A stretch of 64,000 nucleotides of DNA from an uncultured Pseudomonadota bacterium (GTDB lineage: Bacteria; Pseudomonadota; Alphaproteobacteria; Rs-D84), in NCBI GenBank assembly GCA_900320405.1, contig OOHM01000001.1:203191-267190 (forward strand), given 5' to 3'. Below are positions 9,696-18,871 of the stretch, piece after piece. The first letter of the stretch is position 1; each line of letters starts with the position of its first letter. The notes under the pieces were generated by a model, which saw only the letters and a list, made by a program, of their open reading frames with translations, was not told the DNA's origin and ran no database searches. Position numbers and translations under genes: made by a program.

Positions 9696-10349
9696 TTATT
9701 CCCCACCAAACATTACATCTGATACCCGAAACACAAACACAACCGCCGGATCAATTCCCATCTTTAACGCCCGTTGCACCGCATCGATATCGCTTTTCAA
9801 CCGACCGATTGTGCCGGCATCTTCGATTTTTATGTACATTGTGCCACGCGTGACCGTCGGTGGTGTGCCCATATCATTTGGTTTATACCACGTTTTTAAT
9901 TCATAATCAACATGCCAATAATTACTGTTTTCGGGCTTAAAGATTTCGTTAAAAACCCGAACCGTTCGGCGCGCGCCATTTGACGCCAATTCGCGAATTT
10001 CGGGCACAACATTCTGTTCCCATGCGCGCGCAACATTCGCCGCAGACATAATTCTTATATTTGCGGTGTTTCCGCGTGTGCGTCGCGCAACATTTTCAAC
10101 ATCGGGAATTACATAGAAATATTCCATAACAAATTTTTGAATTAACCAATCCCGCATTCTGCGTTCACCAACCTCGGCAAGATTGCGTGGCATACCGGTT
10201 TGATTAACCGCGCTTAACCCCGTGCGAAAGAAATATGGTTCAACCGTCACTTTGTTGCCCGTATCATATATCGCACCTGCGATATAAATCATCGCGAATA
10301 CGGCGAATATGGTCACCAATCCGATAATATATCCAATCAGTCGTTTCAT
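9696..10349 (-). CDS. VirB8-like bitopic membrane protein (T4SS component family), paralog 2
   Basis: N-terminal TM helix followed by VEPYFFRTG (a VirB8 PYxVxVD-like motif). Shares the ARAWE motif with the adjacent paralog. Confidence 0.4.
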   Translation of the reverse strand: MKRLIGYIIGLVTIFAVFAMIYIAGAIYDTGNKVTVEPYFFRTGLSAVNQTGMPRNLAEVGERRMRDWLIQKFVMEYFYVIPDVENVARRTRGNTANIRIMSAANVARAWEQNVVPEIRELASNGARRTVRVFNEIFKPENSNYWHVDYELKTWYKPNDMGTPPTVTRGTMYIKIEDAGTIGRLKSDIDAVQRALKMGIDPAVVFVFRVSDVMFGGE

Positions 10350-10350
10350 A

Positions 10351-11085
10351 TTATTCCCTGTACGCGTTAAAACCCGTTATATAGTATCCCAATGTTTGCG
10401 GATACCGTGCGACATCATATGCAACCTTGACATATGCAATGATATCAAAATGGCCGTTTATATTGGAATAAACACGCGCCCGCGCCACCCACGTGCCACC
10501 ATTTGCGGTGATTTTTCCGCCACTGAAAACGGTAATTTTGTTTGGGTCAATATACCACCGTTCACCGGCCGATTCGTATGCACGGTATTGTGGCAACACA
10601 TCTGTCACAAAATTTTGATACATCCCTTCACCCGAAATGCAGTATATATCGCACCCATCAACATTCGCGAATGTATTTGGCACGTGTCGCGTGCATTCTG
10701 TTTCGCGATTGCACCGTTCCCACGCGCGTGCATTTTTTTGTGCATTGGCGGAAATTGTAAACCATTTTTCGGTGAAAATCCCGACCAATGCGCGTTGAAC
10801 AGATTGATAGTAAGGAATGTTTTTTTCGCCCAATGGCCGACCAACCAATTGCCATTCGCCGCGCGTACTGTCTACATATATCACAAACGGATTTACCGTC
10901 TGGTTCGTGCGCAACCACGGCAAGGCGACACAAAAACCGATGATAATCAAAAATGCCACCGCAATCCATATGCCCATTGTTCGGGAAACGGCGACCCGTT
11001 TTCCCGCCGGAAACGCGGAATTTTCAAAATCATCTGGGTAATCCAATGTTCTCTCCCCAAAATATGGTGTGCACAATCCGCGCAA
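10351..11085 (-). CDS. VirB8-like bitopic membrane protein (T4SS component family), paralog 1
   Basis: 37-aa cytoplasmic N-terminus, one TM helix, then LPWLRTNQTVNPFVIYVDSTRGEWQLV, matching the VirB8 LPxxxxVPYxVRVDxxTG pattern. The C-terminal LGYYITGFNAYRE resembles VirB8 NPLGFxVTSYR. Confidence 0.5.
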   Translation of the reverse strand: MRGLCTPYFGERTLDYPDDFENSAFPAGKRVAVSRTMGIWIAVAFLIIIGFCVALPWLRTNQTVNPFVIYVDSTRGEWQLVGRPLGEKNIPYYQSVQRALVGIFTEKWFTISANAQKNARAWERCNRETECTRHVPNTFANVDGCDIYCISGEGMYQNFVTDVLPQYRAYESAGERWYIDPNKITVFSGGKITANGGTWVARARVYSNINGHFDIIAYVKVAYDVARYPQTLGYYITGFNAYRE

Positions 11086-11232
11086 TTACGCACGGTATAC
11101 CATAATGCACGCGCACGGACTTAATTTCAATTCATTCGTATCGTATCCGACACCAACCGGTTCGCGGTCATATATCTGACCACATCCGGCCACGGCCAAT
11201 CCAATAAACAAACCTAGTATAATTTTTTTCAT
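11086..11232 (-). CDS. small lipoprotein (48 aa), VirB7-like by size and position
   Basis: MKKIILGLFIGLAVAGC lipobox with a G-rich SD. Its stop abuts the start of the VirB8-like gene. Confidence 0.4.
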   Translation of the reverse strand: MKKIILGLFIGLAVAGCGQIYDREPVGVGYDTNELKLSPCACIMVYRA

Positions 11233-11300
11233 ATCCTTTCCCCCATGTTTGTTTTGATTATAAGAAAATTTTGCGCACCCGGTCAAGTGCAAATAACACA

Positions 11301-13559
11301 TTAAAACTGGGTTTCAAATGAAAGCAAGAAACGGCGTTCACGGTCGTGTTCACCCATCTTTAACGGCCAACCCCAACTGAAATTCATTGGACCCATTGGC
11401 GTATTCCAATAAATACCAAGACCGACAGATGTGCGAATACCGCTGTCTATAAAATTCGGTTGCCCAAGATATGTGTTTTCACGCGCTGGCGGTTTACCCA
11501 AAATACCATAGTCCATAAATACGAAACCTTTGACCTGGTATTCATCGGGGATAAAGATGGGGAAATTCAATTGCGTTGAACCATTGATTTTCCACATACC
11601 ACCCAATGAATATGACTGGTATGCCCAATTACGGCTGCCCACACCGGCGATTTCAAACCCACGCAACGATTCACCGCCCAAGAAATAACGATATACACGT
11701 GGCACATAATCATCACCGATTGATTGGATATAGCCCAAATCCAACGAAGTCTTTAATTGCCAACGGTCGTCCAAGAATTTAACCATTGCGGTTGCATCCG
11801 CACTGTATCGCATAAATGTTTCGGTTCCGCCAAATCCGGTATACGCGATGCCAAAATTACCGACCAAACCGGTGTGGGTATTCTGTTCAAAATTCGTGTC
11901 CAGGTTATAATATTTCAAATATGTTCCCAATGTGTAAAGGCGCGCATTTTGCCAACCACCAATTTGCAAATCATAATTTTGATCAAATGATGCAGATAAA
12001 CGCAATGTTTGTGACCAATGGTCGGTCAATTGCCAACCCATCCGCCCCGCAATGGTCAATGAATCGCGGTCGTATCCAAAACCACCCAAATGTTTATAAT
12101 TATACATAGTATATGAAACATCAAATCCCGCAGATAACGCGCGCCCGAATAAAAACGGTTCTGTGAAACTGAATAACGCCTGTTTTTGATATTGTGCGAT
12201 GGACCCGCGCAGTTGCACCGTTTGTCCGCGCCCCATAAAGTTATTTTCGGCAATACCTGCGTCCAACATAAAACCGTTTATATTTGACCAACCAAAACCG
12301 CCCGATAATTCACCGGTTGGTTGTTCTTCAACCTTGATATCTAAATTCATCATATTTGCATCGGCAATACGCGATGGAACCATTTGAACATCTTTGAAAT
12401 AACGCGTACGCATCAAACGTTGGCGTCCCTGTTCAATGGTTTGCAGCGAGAACGGATCGCCCGCGCGCATAGGAACCAATTGATTAATAACGGAATCAAA
12501 TGTTCGTACATTTCCCAAAATATTCACCGAGTTCAAATAAATTCGATTTGTTTTTTGAATTTTGAAATCTAAATCTATTGTTCGTGCATCGTCATTTTTT
12601 GTTGGCACCGGTTCGACATTTATAAATGCGTACCCATAATCTGCAACCGCGCCGCGCAGTGCAGAAATACTGGATTCCACTTTGTCTATGTTATATGTAT
12701 CACCACTGGAAATTTTTAACGCGTCATTCAAAACATCGTCCGGCACATCGTCAAATGGATTATCAATACTTAACTTTCCAATTTTGTACTTTGGGCCTTC
12801 GTCAACATTGAAAACCACAGAATAATATTCACGGTCGGGCGTAAATGTTCCCTTGGCATTTTTTACCTGGAAATCTACATAACCATTGCGCAGGTAAAAT
12901 TGGCGCAGCATTTGTTGGTCGTACAGTATGCGGTCTTCATCGTACACATCAAATTGCGACATAAACCGCCACCACGCGTGTTCGCGTGACAAAATTTCCC
13001 CGCGCAGCGTTCGTGAACTGAACTTCTTATTACCTTCAAAATCAATATCGCGGATATAGGTTGGGTGACCTTCGGTAATCTCGTATACAACATTTACGCG
13101 ATTATCATCCAAAGATATTTTTTTGGGTTCAATTTTTGTTCCAAAAAAACCCTTGCGTTGATACAGTGTCAGCATCCGCCCAACATCCGCCCCAATCACA
13201 GATTGGTCAAATGCCGACCGTTCCTTTAATTTAATTTCTTTTTTCAAATCGTCTGTTGAAACATCATCATTGCCTTCAACGGTGACCATATTCACAATTG
13301 GCGCCTCGGTGATATTTATCTTCATAATACCACCGTCCATTTTGACCGAAACACTTGAAAAGTATCCGCTTTCCTGTAATTGTTTTGCGATTTTATTTGT
13401 GCGTTCTGTTGTGATGTTTTCGCCGGTCTTAACATCGGCCAATATCCGTACAGATTCTGCGTCCATACGATTGTTTCCGACCACATCAACGCGCGACAAC
13501 GTCACGGCCCCGCATGGGACAGCAAAAATAATCAAAAAAGCGTATAAATATTTTTTCAT
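11301..13559 (-). CDS. bamA: outer membrane protein assembly factor BamA
   Basis: 752 aa with a signal peptide, POTRA repeats and a C-terminal Omp85 barrel ending in F. Confidence 0.85.
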   Translation of the reverse strand: MKKYLYAFLIIFAVPCGAVTLSRVDVVGNNRMDAESVRILADVKTGENITTERTNKIAKQLQESGYFSSVSVKMDGGIMKINITEAPIVNMVTVEGNDDVSTDDLKKEIKLKERSAFDQSVIGADVGRMLTLYQRKGFFGTKIEPKKISLDDNRVNVVYEITEGHPTYIRDIDFEGNKKFSSRTLRGEILSREHAWWRFMSQFDVYDEDRILYDQQMLRQFYLRNGYVDFQVKNAKGTFTPDREYYSVVFNVDEGPKYKIGKLSIDNPFDDVPDDVLNDALKISSGDTYNIDKVESSISALRGAVADYGYAFINVEPVPTKNDDARTIDLDFKIQKTNRIYLNSVNILGNVRTFDSVINQLVPMRAGDPFSLQTIEQGRQRLMRTRYFKDVQMVPSRIADANMMNLDIKVEEQPTGELSGGFGWSNINGFMLDAGIAENNFMGRGQTVQLRGSIAQYQKQALFSFTEPFLFGRALSAGFDVSYTMYNYKHLGGFGYDRDSLTIAGRMGWQLTDHWSQTLRLSASFDQNYDLQIGGWQNARLYTLGTYLKYYNLDTNFEQNTHTGLVGNFGIAYTGFGGTETFMRYSADATAMVKFLDDRWQLKTSLDLGYIQSIGDDYVPRVYRYFLGGESLRGFEIAGVGSRNWAYQSYSLGGMWKINGSTQLNFPIFIPDEYQVKGFVFMDYGILGKPPARENTYLGQPNFIDSGIRTSVGLGIYWNTPMGPMNFSWGWPLKMGEHDRERRFLLSFETQF

Positions 13560-14611
13560 AATCCAAATACCCGTACCAAATCATTCCACATTGTTAATGC
13601 GAACACAAATGCCAAAAATACCCATCCACAAATTATGACAATTTCCATTCCTTTGCCACCTAGCTTTTTGCGTGTTATGCCTTCTATTATCAAAATCAGC
13701 AAATATCCGCCATCCAACACCGGCAACGGCAACAGGTTTATAACCCCCAAATTCACCGACAGCAACGCAATTATCGCCATCAACGCAAAGAACCCATTTG
13801 CCATTGCTTGGCCAGAAACCTGGGCAATGGTAATGAAAGATCCCAATTGCCGTGATGAACGGTCACCGGTGACAATCTGCTTTAACACAATTAACAATGT
13901 CTTAGATTGGTAATATGTTTCGCGCGCACCGGAATACAACGCGCCAAAGAAACCTTTCTTGCGAAATTCGGTCTTACTGCCGTCTGCAACCAATCCCCAG
14001 CGTTCCGCCGGTGCCAATGCGACCTCTACTATTTTGTCTTTGCGCGCAATTGTGACATGTGCCGGACGTGAACCCGCCAATTCTTTGGCGATAACCAATT
14101 CACCCCAGTTTGTGATTTTTGCCCCGTCAATTTGAACGATAACATCGCCCGATTTTACACCGGCATTAAACGCGACGCTTTCACGAATAACCTGGCCAAC
14201 CACAGGCAACTGAACGGTGCGGGGTTTGAACATAAATATTGACGAATATATACACCACGCCAGGATAAAATTCATAACAACACCGGCGGCGATGATAATA
14301 AATTGTTTCCACGCAGGCGCAGACAGATAATGCCCGACCTTTTTATCTTTGGGTAATTCTTTGTACTTTTTGCGGTTGAACATATCTTCTTGGCCATATA
14401 TGGAAACATATCCACCCAACGGTAAACACGCGATTTTCCAAATTGTGCCGCGTTTATCGGTCCATTTTACAATCGCCGGTCCAAACCCAATAGAAAACGC
14501 ATCAACGCGAACGCCGGCCCAACGCGCCGCCAAAAAGTGCCCAAGTTCGTGTATAAAAACCACCACACCCAAAACAATCAGCAGTGCGATAATGGTCGTT
14601 ATTGTATGCAT
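13556..14611 (-). CDS. rseP: RIP zinc metalloprotease RseP (site-2 protease)
   Basis: HELGHFLAAR zinc motif in the first TM helix, PDZ-like middle region, LDGG motif. Start chosen at MHTITT, which has an SD. Confidence 0.8.
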   Translation of the reverse strand: MHTITTIIALLIVLGVVVFIHELGHFLAARWAGVRVDAFSIGFGPAIVKWTDKRGTIWKIACLPLGGYVSIYGQEDMFNRKKYKELPKDKKVGHYLSAPAWKQFIIIAAGVVMNFILAWCIYSSIFMFKPRTVQLPVVGQVIRESVAFNAGVKSGDVIVQIDGAKITNWGELVIAKELAGSRPAHVTIARKDKIVEVALAPAERWGLVADGSKTEFRKKGFFGALYSGARETYYQSKTLLIVLKQIVTGDRSSRQLGSFITIAQVSGQAMANGFFALMAIIALLSVNLGVINLLPLPVLDGGYLLILIIEGITRKKLGGKGMEIVIICGWVFLAFVFALTMWNDLVRVFGL

Positions 14612-14631
14612 TTCCTTCCATCCTTTTTTTC

Positions 14632-15282
14632 TTATGCCAATACAGCCCATATAATAGGCAACACATAAATCCAACCGTCAAACCGGTCGATAATTCCACC
14701 GTGTCCGCCCAAAATATGACTGTAATCCTTGATTCCTAATTTGCGTTTAACAAAACTTGCGGTTAAATCGCCATATTGCGACAGCAACGCAATACCAATT
14801 CCAATCCAAACCAATTGTGAAACGAATGTTCCCAAAACCCAATGACCGTAAGCAATTGCCGCGGCGGTTCCACCAATCACACCAAAAATTTGTCCGGCCC
14901 AGGTTTTATGTTCAGAAATCCGTTCCCACATTTTGTCACCGCCGATTTGTCGCCCAAAGAACCACGCACAAATGTCGGCCGCGCATATAATAACCAAAAT
15001 CATTAGAATCAACATTGGTCGCCGCGCCAAAGTCAACAAAGATACAAAATCAAATCCCAAAACGCCCAAAAATATCAAGAATATCGCAATGTTTTTGCCA
15101 CCGAACATAACATCACGCGGTGCACGCCACATACATCCCAAAAATTCAATAATCATTGCCAACGATACACCCAAACACAGCCAATAAACACCCGGAATCC
15201 CGGCGCGTTCCAACAACGCCGCGATAACGATAACCGCGAATATTCCGCCCGCGACCAGTATTCTATTCATTGTTTCTGACAT
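14632..15282 (-). CDS. cdsA: phosphatidate cytidylyltransferase CdsA (short form)
   Basis: C-terminal signature SxxKRxxGxKDxSxxxPGHGGxxDRxD, present here as SFVKRKLGIKDYSHILGGHGGIIDRFD. Confidence 0.75.
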   Translation of the reverse strand: MSETMNRILVAGGIFAVIVIAALLERAGIPGVYWLCLGVSLAMIIEFLGCMWRAPRDVMFGGKNIAIFLIFLGVLGFDFVSLLTLARRPMLILMILVIICAADICAWFFGRQIGGDKMWERISEHKTWAGQIFGVIGGTAAAIAYGHWVLGTFVSQLVWIGIGIALLSQYGDLTASFVKRKLGIKDYSHILGGHGGIIDRFDGWIYVLPIIWAVLA

Positions 15283-15291
15283 ATTATTCCC

Positions 15292-16059
15292 CTATTTTTT
15301 ACGTCCAGAATAGTTTGCCTTTTTCCCACCACCGAACCGGCGATTGCGTTTGGCATATTCGTCCAAAACAAACCGCCACAGTTTTGTTGACTTTACCAAT
15401 TCCGGCCAGTGTTCCGGCACAAACAACAATTCCGCATACGCCAATTTCCACAACAGAAAGTTAGAAATTCTAAATTCATTACTTGTCCGCACCATAAGGT
15501 CAATAGGTAACAAATCCCCGGTATCCAAAAATGTTTCGAATGTTTCGCGTGTGACGGGTGCGCCCGCGGCAATGGCGGCATTTGCGGCGTTTACGATTTC
15601 ATCTTGTCCGCCATAATTCAGCGCAAATACAACCGTGCCATTGGTGTTTTCTGCCGATTCGGCCTCTAATTTATCACACATATTGGCCAATTTTTTTGGC
15701 AACCTATCGCGCGAACCGATTACCAGGTATCTAAGGTTTTTTTCCAATGCGTGTTTCAAATTCTTTTTCAGTTCGGAATAGAACAAATCCATAAGGAAAT
15801 CGACTTCTTCTTTGGACCGGTTCCAATTTTCGGTTGAAAATATAAAGAAAGTAATCGTCGTAACACCACGTGCAACAAACCAATCAACCAAGTTTTCAAA
15901 GTTTGAAATACCCGCACGATGACCCAACAGGGGCGGCAAACCGCGGGCTTCGGCCCAACGACGGTTGCCGTCACAGATAAACGCGATATGCTTTGGAATT
16001 TTTACCGGTGCCACGACATCGGGTTTCTTTTTGAATAATCTGAACATTTTTACACCCAA
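15292..16059 (-). CDS. uppS: undecaprenyl diphosphate synthase
   Basis: HIAFICDGNRRWA motif and cis-prenyltransferase fold signatures. Confidence 0.85.
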   Translation of the reverse strand: MGVKMFRLFKKKPDVVAPVKIPKHIAFICDGNRRWAEARGLPPLLGHRAGISNFENLVDWFVARGVTTITFFIFSTENWNRSKEEVDFLMDLFYSELKKNLKHALEKNLRYLVIGSRDRLPKKLANMCDKLEAESAENTNGTVVFALNYGGQDEIVNAANAAIAAGAPVTRETFETFLDTGDLLPIDLMVRTSNEFRISNFLLWKLAYAELLFVPEHWPELVKSTKLWRFVLDEYAKRNRRFGGGKKANYSGRKK

Positions 16060-16090
16060 TATTTTTTGTTAAACCACGTGTCCAAAAATC

Positions 16091-16651
16091 TTACACAGAC
16101 ATAATATCTGCTTCTTTTTGTTTGGCAATAGAATCAACCTCGGCCCCGCGGGCATCAAACACCTTTTGCAGATCGGTTTCGAATTTGCGTTGGTCGTCTT
16201 CGGAAATTTCTTTGTCGGTGACGGCGCGTTTGATTTTACCCATTGCGTCCTGACGAATGTTGCGCATAGAAATCTTGGCTTCTTCGGCGTATTTACCTGC
16301 AACCTTGGTCAATTCGCGACGGCGTTCTTCGGTCAATGGTGGCATATTCAGGCGAATAACCGCACCCGCACTCATTGGGTTCAATCCCAATCCAGAATCA
16401 CGAATCGCTTTTTCAACCGCGCCAACATTTGACATATCCCACACGGTCACACTAAGCGTTTGGTTATCTGGGGTTGAAACGGTTGCCAATTGGTTCAATG
16501 GCATATCAGACCCATATGTATTCACGCGTACACCATCCAACAGGTGTACCGACGCGCGTCCTGTACGCAAACCGGCATATTCATTGCGCAAAACTTCGAT
16601 TGTTTGTGCAGTTTTTTGTTCCGTTTCGGCCTTCAAAGATTGATAATCCAT
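16091..16651 (-). CDS. frr: ribosome recycling factor
   Basis: 186 aa with the RRF fold. Conserved frr–uppS–cdsA–rseP–bamA order. Confidence 0.85.
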   Translation of the reverse strand: MDYQSLKAETEQKTAQTIEVLRNEYAGLRTGRASVHLLDGVRVNTYGSDMPLNQLATVSTPDNQTLSVTVWDMSNVGAVEKAIRDSGLGLNPMSAGAVIRLNMPPLTEERRRELTKVAGKYAEEAKISMRNIRQDAMGKIKRAVTDKEISEDDQRKFETDLQKVFDARGAEVDSIAKQKEADIMSV

Positions 16652-16736
16652 ATATAAAACTCCTTATGCTTATGGTTTAGGTTAGCAAATATATTTGACA
16701 TTTGGCAAGAAGAAATATAAAATGCTTTCTCGAAAT

Positions 16737-16812
16737 GGGGTTGTAGCTCAGTTGGTAGAGCACTTGCATGGCATGCAAGGGGTCGTCGGTTCAAGTCCGA
16801 TCAGCTCCACCA
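16737..16812 (+). tRNA. tRNA-Ala (GGC)
   Basis: Cloverleaf with a G3:U70 acceptor pair. Anticodon loop atGGCat. Encoded CCA. Confidence 0.85.
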
Positions 16813-16925
16813 TCCGTCTTCGCTTCGCTCCGTCGCGATTGGTACAATCGGGCGGGGCGATGTGATTTTAATCACGCGAAGCGGATGTCGCGACGGAGTG
16901 CGCACTGCGCACGCAGACGGACAAA
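16813..16925 (+). other. long imperfect hairpin (~110 nt) immediately 3' of tRNA-Ala
   Basis: ccgtct...tccgtcgcga pairs with tcgcgacgga...agacgg, and there is an inner cgcttcgc/gcgaagcg pairing. GC-rich relative to its surroundings. Confidence 0.5.
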
Positions 16926-16929
16926 AATT

Positions 16930-17169
16930 ATGTTTTACGTATACATTTTACAGAGTATAAATTTTCCAGATAATTTTTATATCGGTTATACCGATGATTT
17001 GAAAAGGCGCATAAAACAGCATAATTATAATCATGTTGGACATACAGACAAATATAAACCATGGCGAATAAAAGATTATTTTGCAATTGATGATGAACAA
17101 AAGGCAAAAGATTTTGAAAAATACCTAAAATCCCAATGTGGTCGTGAATTTATCAAGAAACACTTTTGA
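16930..17169 (+). CDS. GIY-YIG nuclease family protein (79 aa)
   Basis: MFYVYIL...YIGYTDDLKRRIKQH GIY-YIG motif. The longer ORF-track version overlaps the tRNA and is rejected. Confidence 0.65.
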   Translation: MFYVYILQSINFPDNFYIGYTDDLKRRIKQHNYNHVGHTDKYKPWRIKDYFAIDDEQKAKDFEKYLKSQCGREFIKKHF

Positions 17170-17229
17170 AACCTGATACCTTGCGACAGCAATCGGCGCA
17201 GGCGGGCCAAATATATAATGTAATACAAT

Positions 17230-17257
17230 TTGACATCTGTCCCATTTATTTTATACT
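17230..17257 (+). promoter_or_regulatory. near-consensus sigma70-type promoter (TTGACA-16-TATACT) abutting the start codon of the downstream gene
   Basis: TTGACA at 17230..17235, TATACT at 17252..17257, ATG at 17264. This implies a leaderless or near-leaderless mRNA. Confidence 0.5.
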
Positions 17258-17263
17258 GGTCGT

Positions 17264-17857
17264 ATGCTTTACATTGTGCGACATGGACAGACAGATTGGA
17301 ACCTGAACGGGCAAATTCAGGGACAAAACGATATACCGTTGAACGATACGGGGCGACTCCAGGCATCCAATGTTGCAGACCGTTTGTCGCGATTTAATTT
17401 AGAATATATTATTTCATCCGATTTATCACGTGCGGTGGAAACCGCGAATATAATTGGCGATAAATTGAATCTGCACGTTGAATACGATGCGCGTCTGCGT
17501 GAATATGATTTTGGAATTTTAACCGGTATGACACGCAAACGCTTTGACCCGCGCAGTATAGAATCGTTCTTTAAAGACCCAACCTATTTTAACGCCGAAC
17601 TGTTTGAAGACACATTTGCGCGTGTCGGTGAATTTTTCAAATCTGTTGATTACAATAAAAACATTTTGGCCGTCACACATGGCGGATTTATAAACTTTGC
17701 GCTGTGTTATTTAGAAGGAAAAGATAAATTCTACCTGTTAGATAAATTTCTGCATACAAAAATCGATAATTCGGCCGTGTTGCGAATACGGGATTTGAAA
17801 TCGGGTATGACGATATTGAAAAAGACGCGGTTTTTCAAATTGCCAAAAACGCGATAA
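17264..17857 (+). CDS. histidine phosphatase family protein (phosphoglycerate mutase-like)
   Basis: LYIVRHGQTDWN RHG catalytic motif. Confidence 0.75.
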   Translation: MLYIVRHGQTDWNLNGQIQGQNDIPLNDTGRLQASNVADRLSRFNLEYIISSDLSRAVETANIIGDKLNLHVEYDARLREYDFGILTGMTRKRFDPRSIESFFKDPTYFNAELFEDTFARVGEFFKSVDYNKNILAVTHGGFINFALCYLEGKDKFYLLDKFLHTKIDNSAVLRIRDLKSGMTILKKTRFFKLPKTR

Positions 17858-18778
17858 TTAAATTAAATAAATTATATATGTCGCGTATGCAATTAAAAAC
17901 ATAATCCCGCCCACACGCCCCAGGCGCGAACCGCGTGCCGTTAATATCATTAACATTATAATCGCCAACATCGCGATTGCGCCGTCAAATATAAACGCCG
18001 GGTTAAATGGCAATGGGTGAATTGCCGCCGCCGTTCCCAACACAAACAGTATATTAAATATATTTGACCCGACAATATTTCCAACCGCCATATCATATTC
18101 GCGTTTTAATGCGGCGGCAATGCAAACCGCCAATTCGGGCAAACTGGTCCCCAGGGCGACCAAAGTCAGGCCAATCACACGATCCGATACCCCCAAACGC
18201 GTCGCAATATCCATTGCTGAATCAACCGTTAAATTACTGCCCAAAACAATTGCGACAATGCCGGCAATAATCATCAATATTGTCATCGGCATAGAAAAAG
18301 TTTTGATTTCGGGCGTTGTGTCATTTGATTGCCGTGCCATAAATACTGTGTATACGATAAATCCGACAAACATTGCCAAAAATATGAATGCCGCGACGCG
18401 TGAAACCGAACCCACCCATATTCCAACCCCAACCAGCATCAATGTCACCAATCCAACAAAAGGTAATTCATATCTTTTTGTGTTTTTATGAATTGGTAAT
18501 GCGCCGATTACCGCGGTTAACCCCAATATAAGGAATATGTTTGTAATATTACTGCCAATGACATTGCCAATGGAAACACCGTTGGAACCTTTTAATGCGG
18601 CGGCGATACTAATTGCGGCCTCGGGGGCACTGGTACCGATGGCGACAAGTGTTGTTCCAATTATAATCGCGGGAATGTGAAAACGGCGCGCCACGCCCGC
18701 GGCGGCATCAACAAATGCGTCTGCCCCGCGAACCAATAACACAAATCCGACAATCAACAATATCAATGATTCTATCAT
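17858..18778 (-). CDS. CaCA-family cation/Ca2+ exchanger (YrbG-like)
   Basis: Two alpha-repeat regions with GTSxPE signatures and about 10 TM helices. Start placed at MIESL to leave room for a promoter. Confidence 0.75.
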   Translation of the reverse strand: MIESLILLIVGFVLLVRGADAFVDAAAGVARRFHIPAIIIGTTLVAIGTSAPEAAISIAAALKGSNGVSIGNVIGSNITNIFLILGLTAVIGALPIHKNTKRYELPFVGLVTLMLVGVGIWVGSVSRVAAFIFLAMFVGFIVYTVFMARQSNDTTPEIKTFSMPMTILMIIAGIVAIVLGSNLTVDSAMDIATRLGVSDRVIGLTLVALGTSLPELAVCIAAALKREYDMAVGNIVGSNIFNILFVLGTAAAIHPLPFNPAFIFDGAIAMLAIIMLMILTARGSRLGRVGGIMFLIAYATYIIYLI

Positions 18779-18871
18779 AACGAGCAATATATCATAAATT
18801 TGCTTTTTTTGAAACGGTTTTTGTGATAAAATATATACCGACAAAAATTACAGAACAGGGGGAATCAAACA

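Noticed and set aside
16768-16929. N-terminal 54 codons of track ORF 16768..17169
   Set aside because: They overlap tRNA-Ala and the GC-rich hairpin. The GIY-YIG domain starts at the internal Met (16930).
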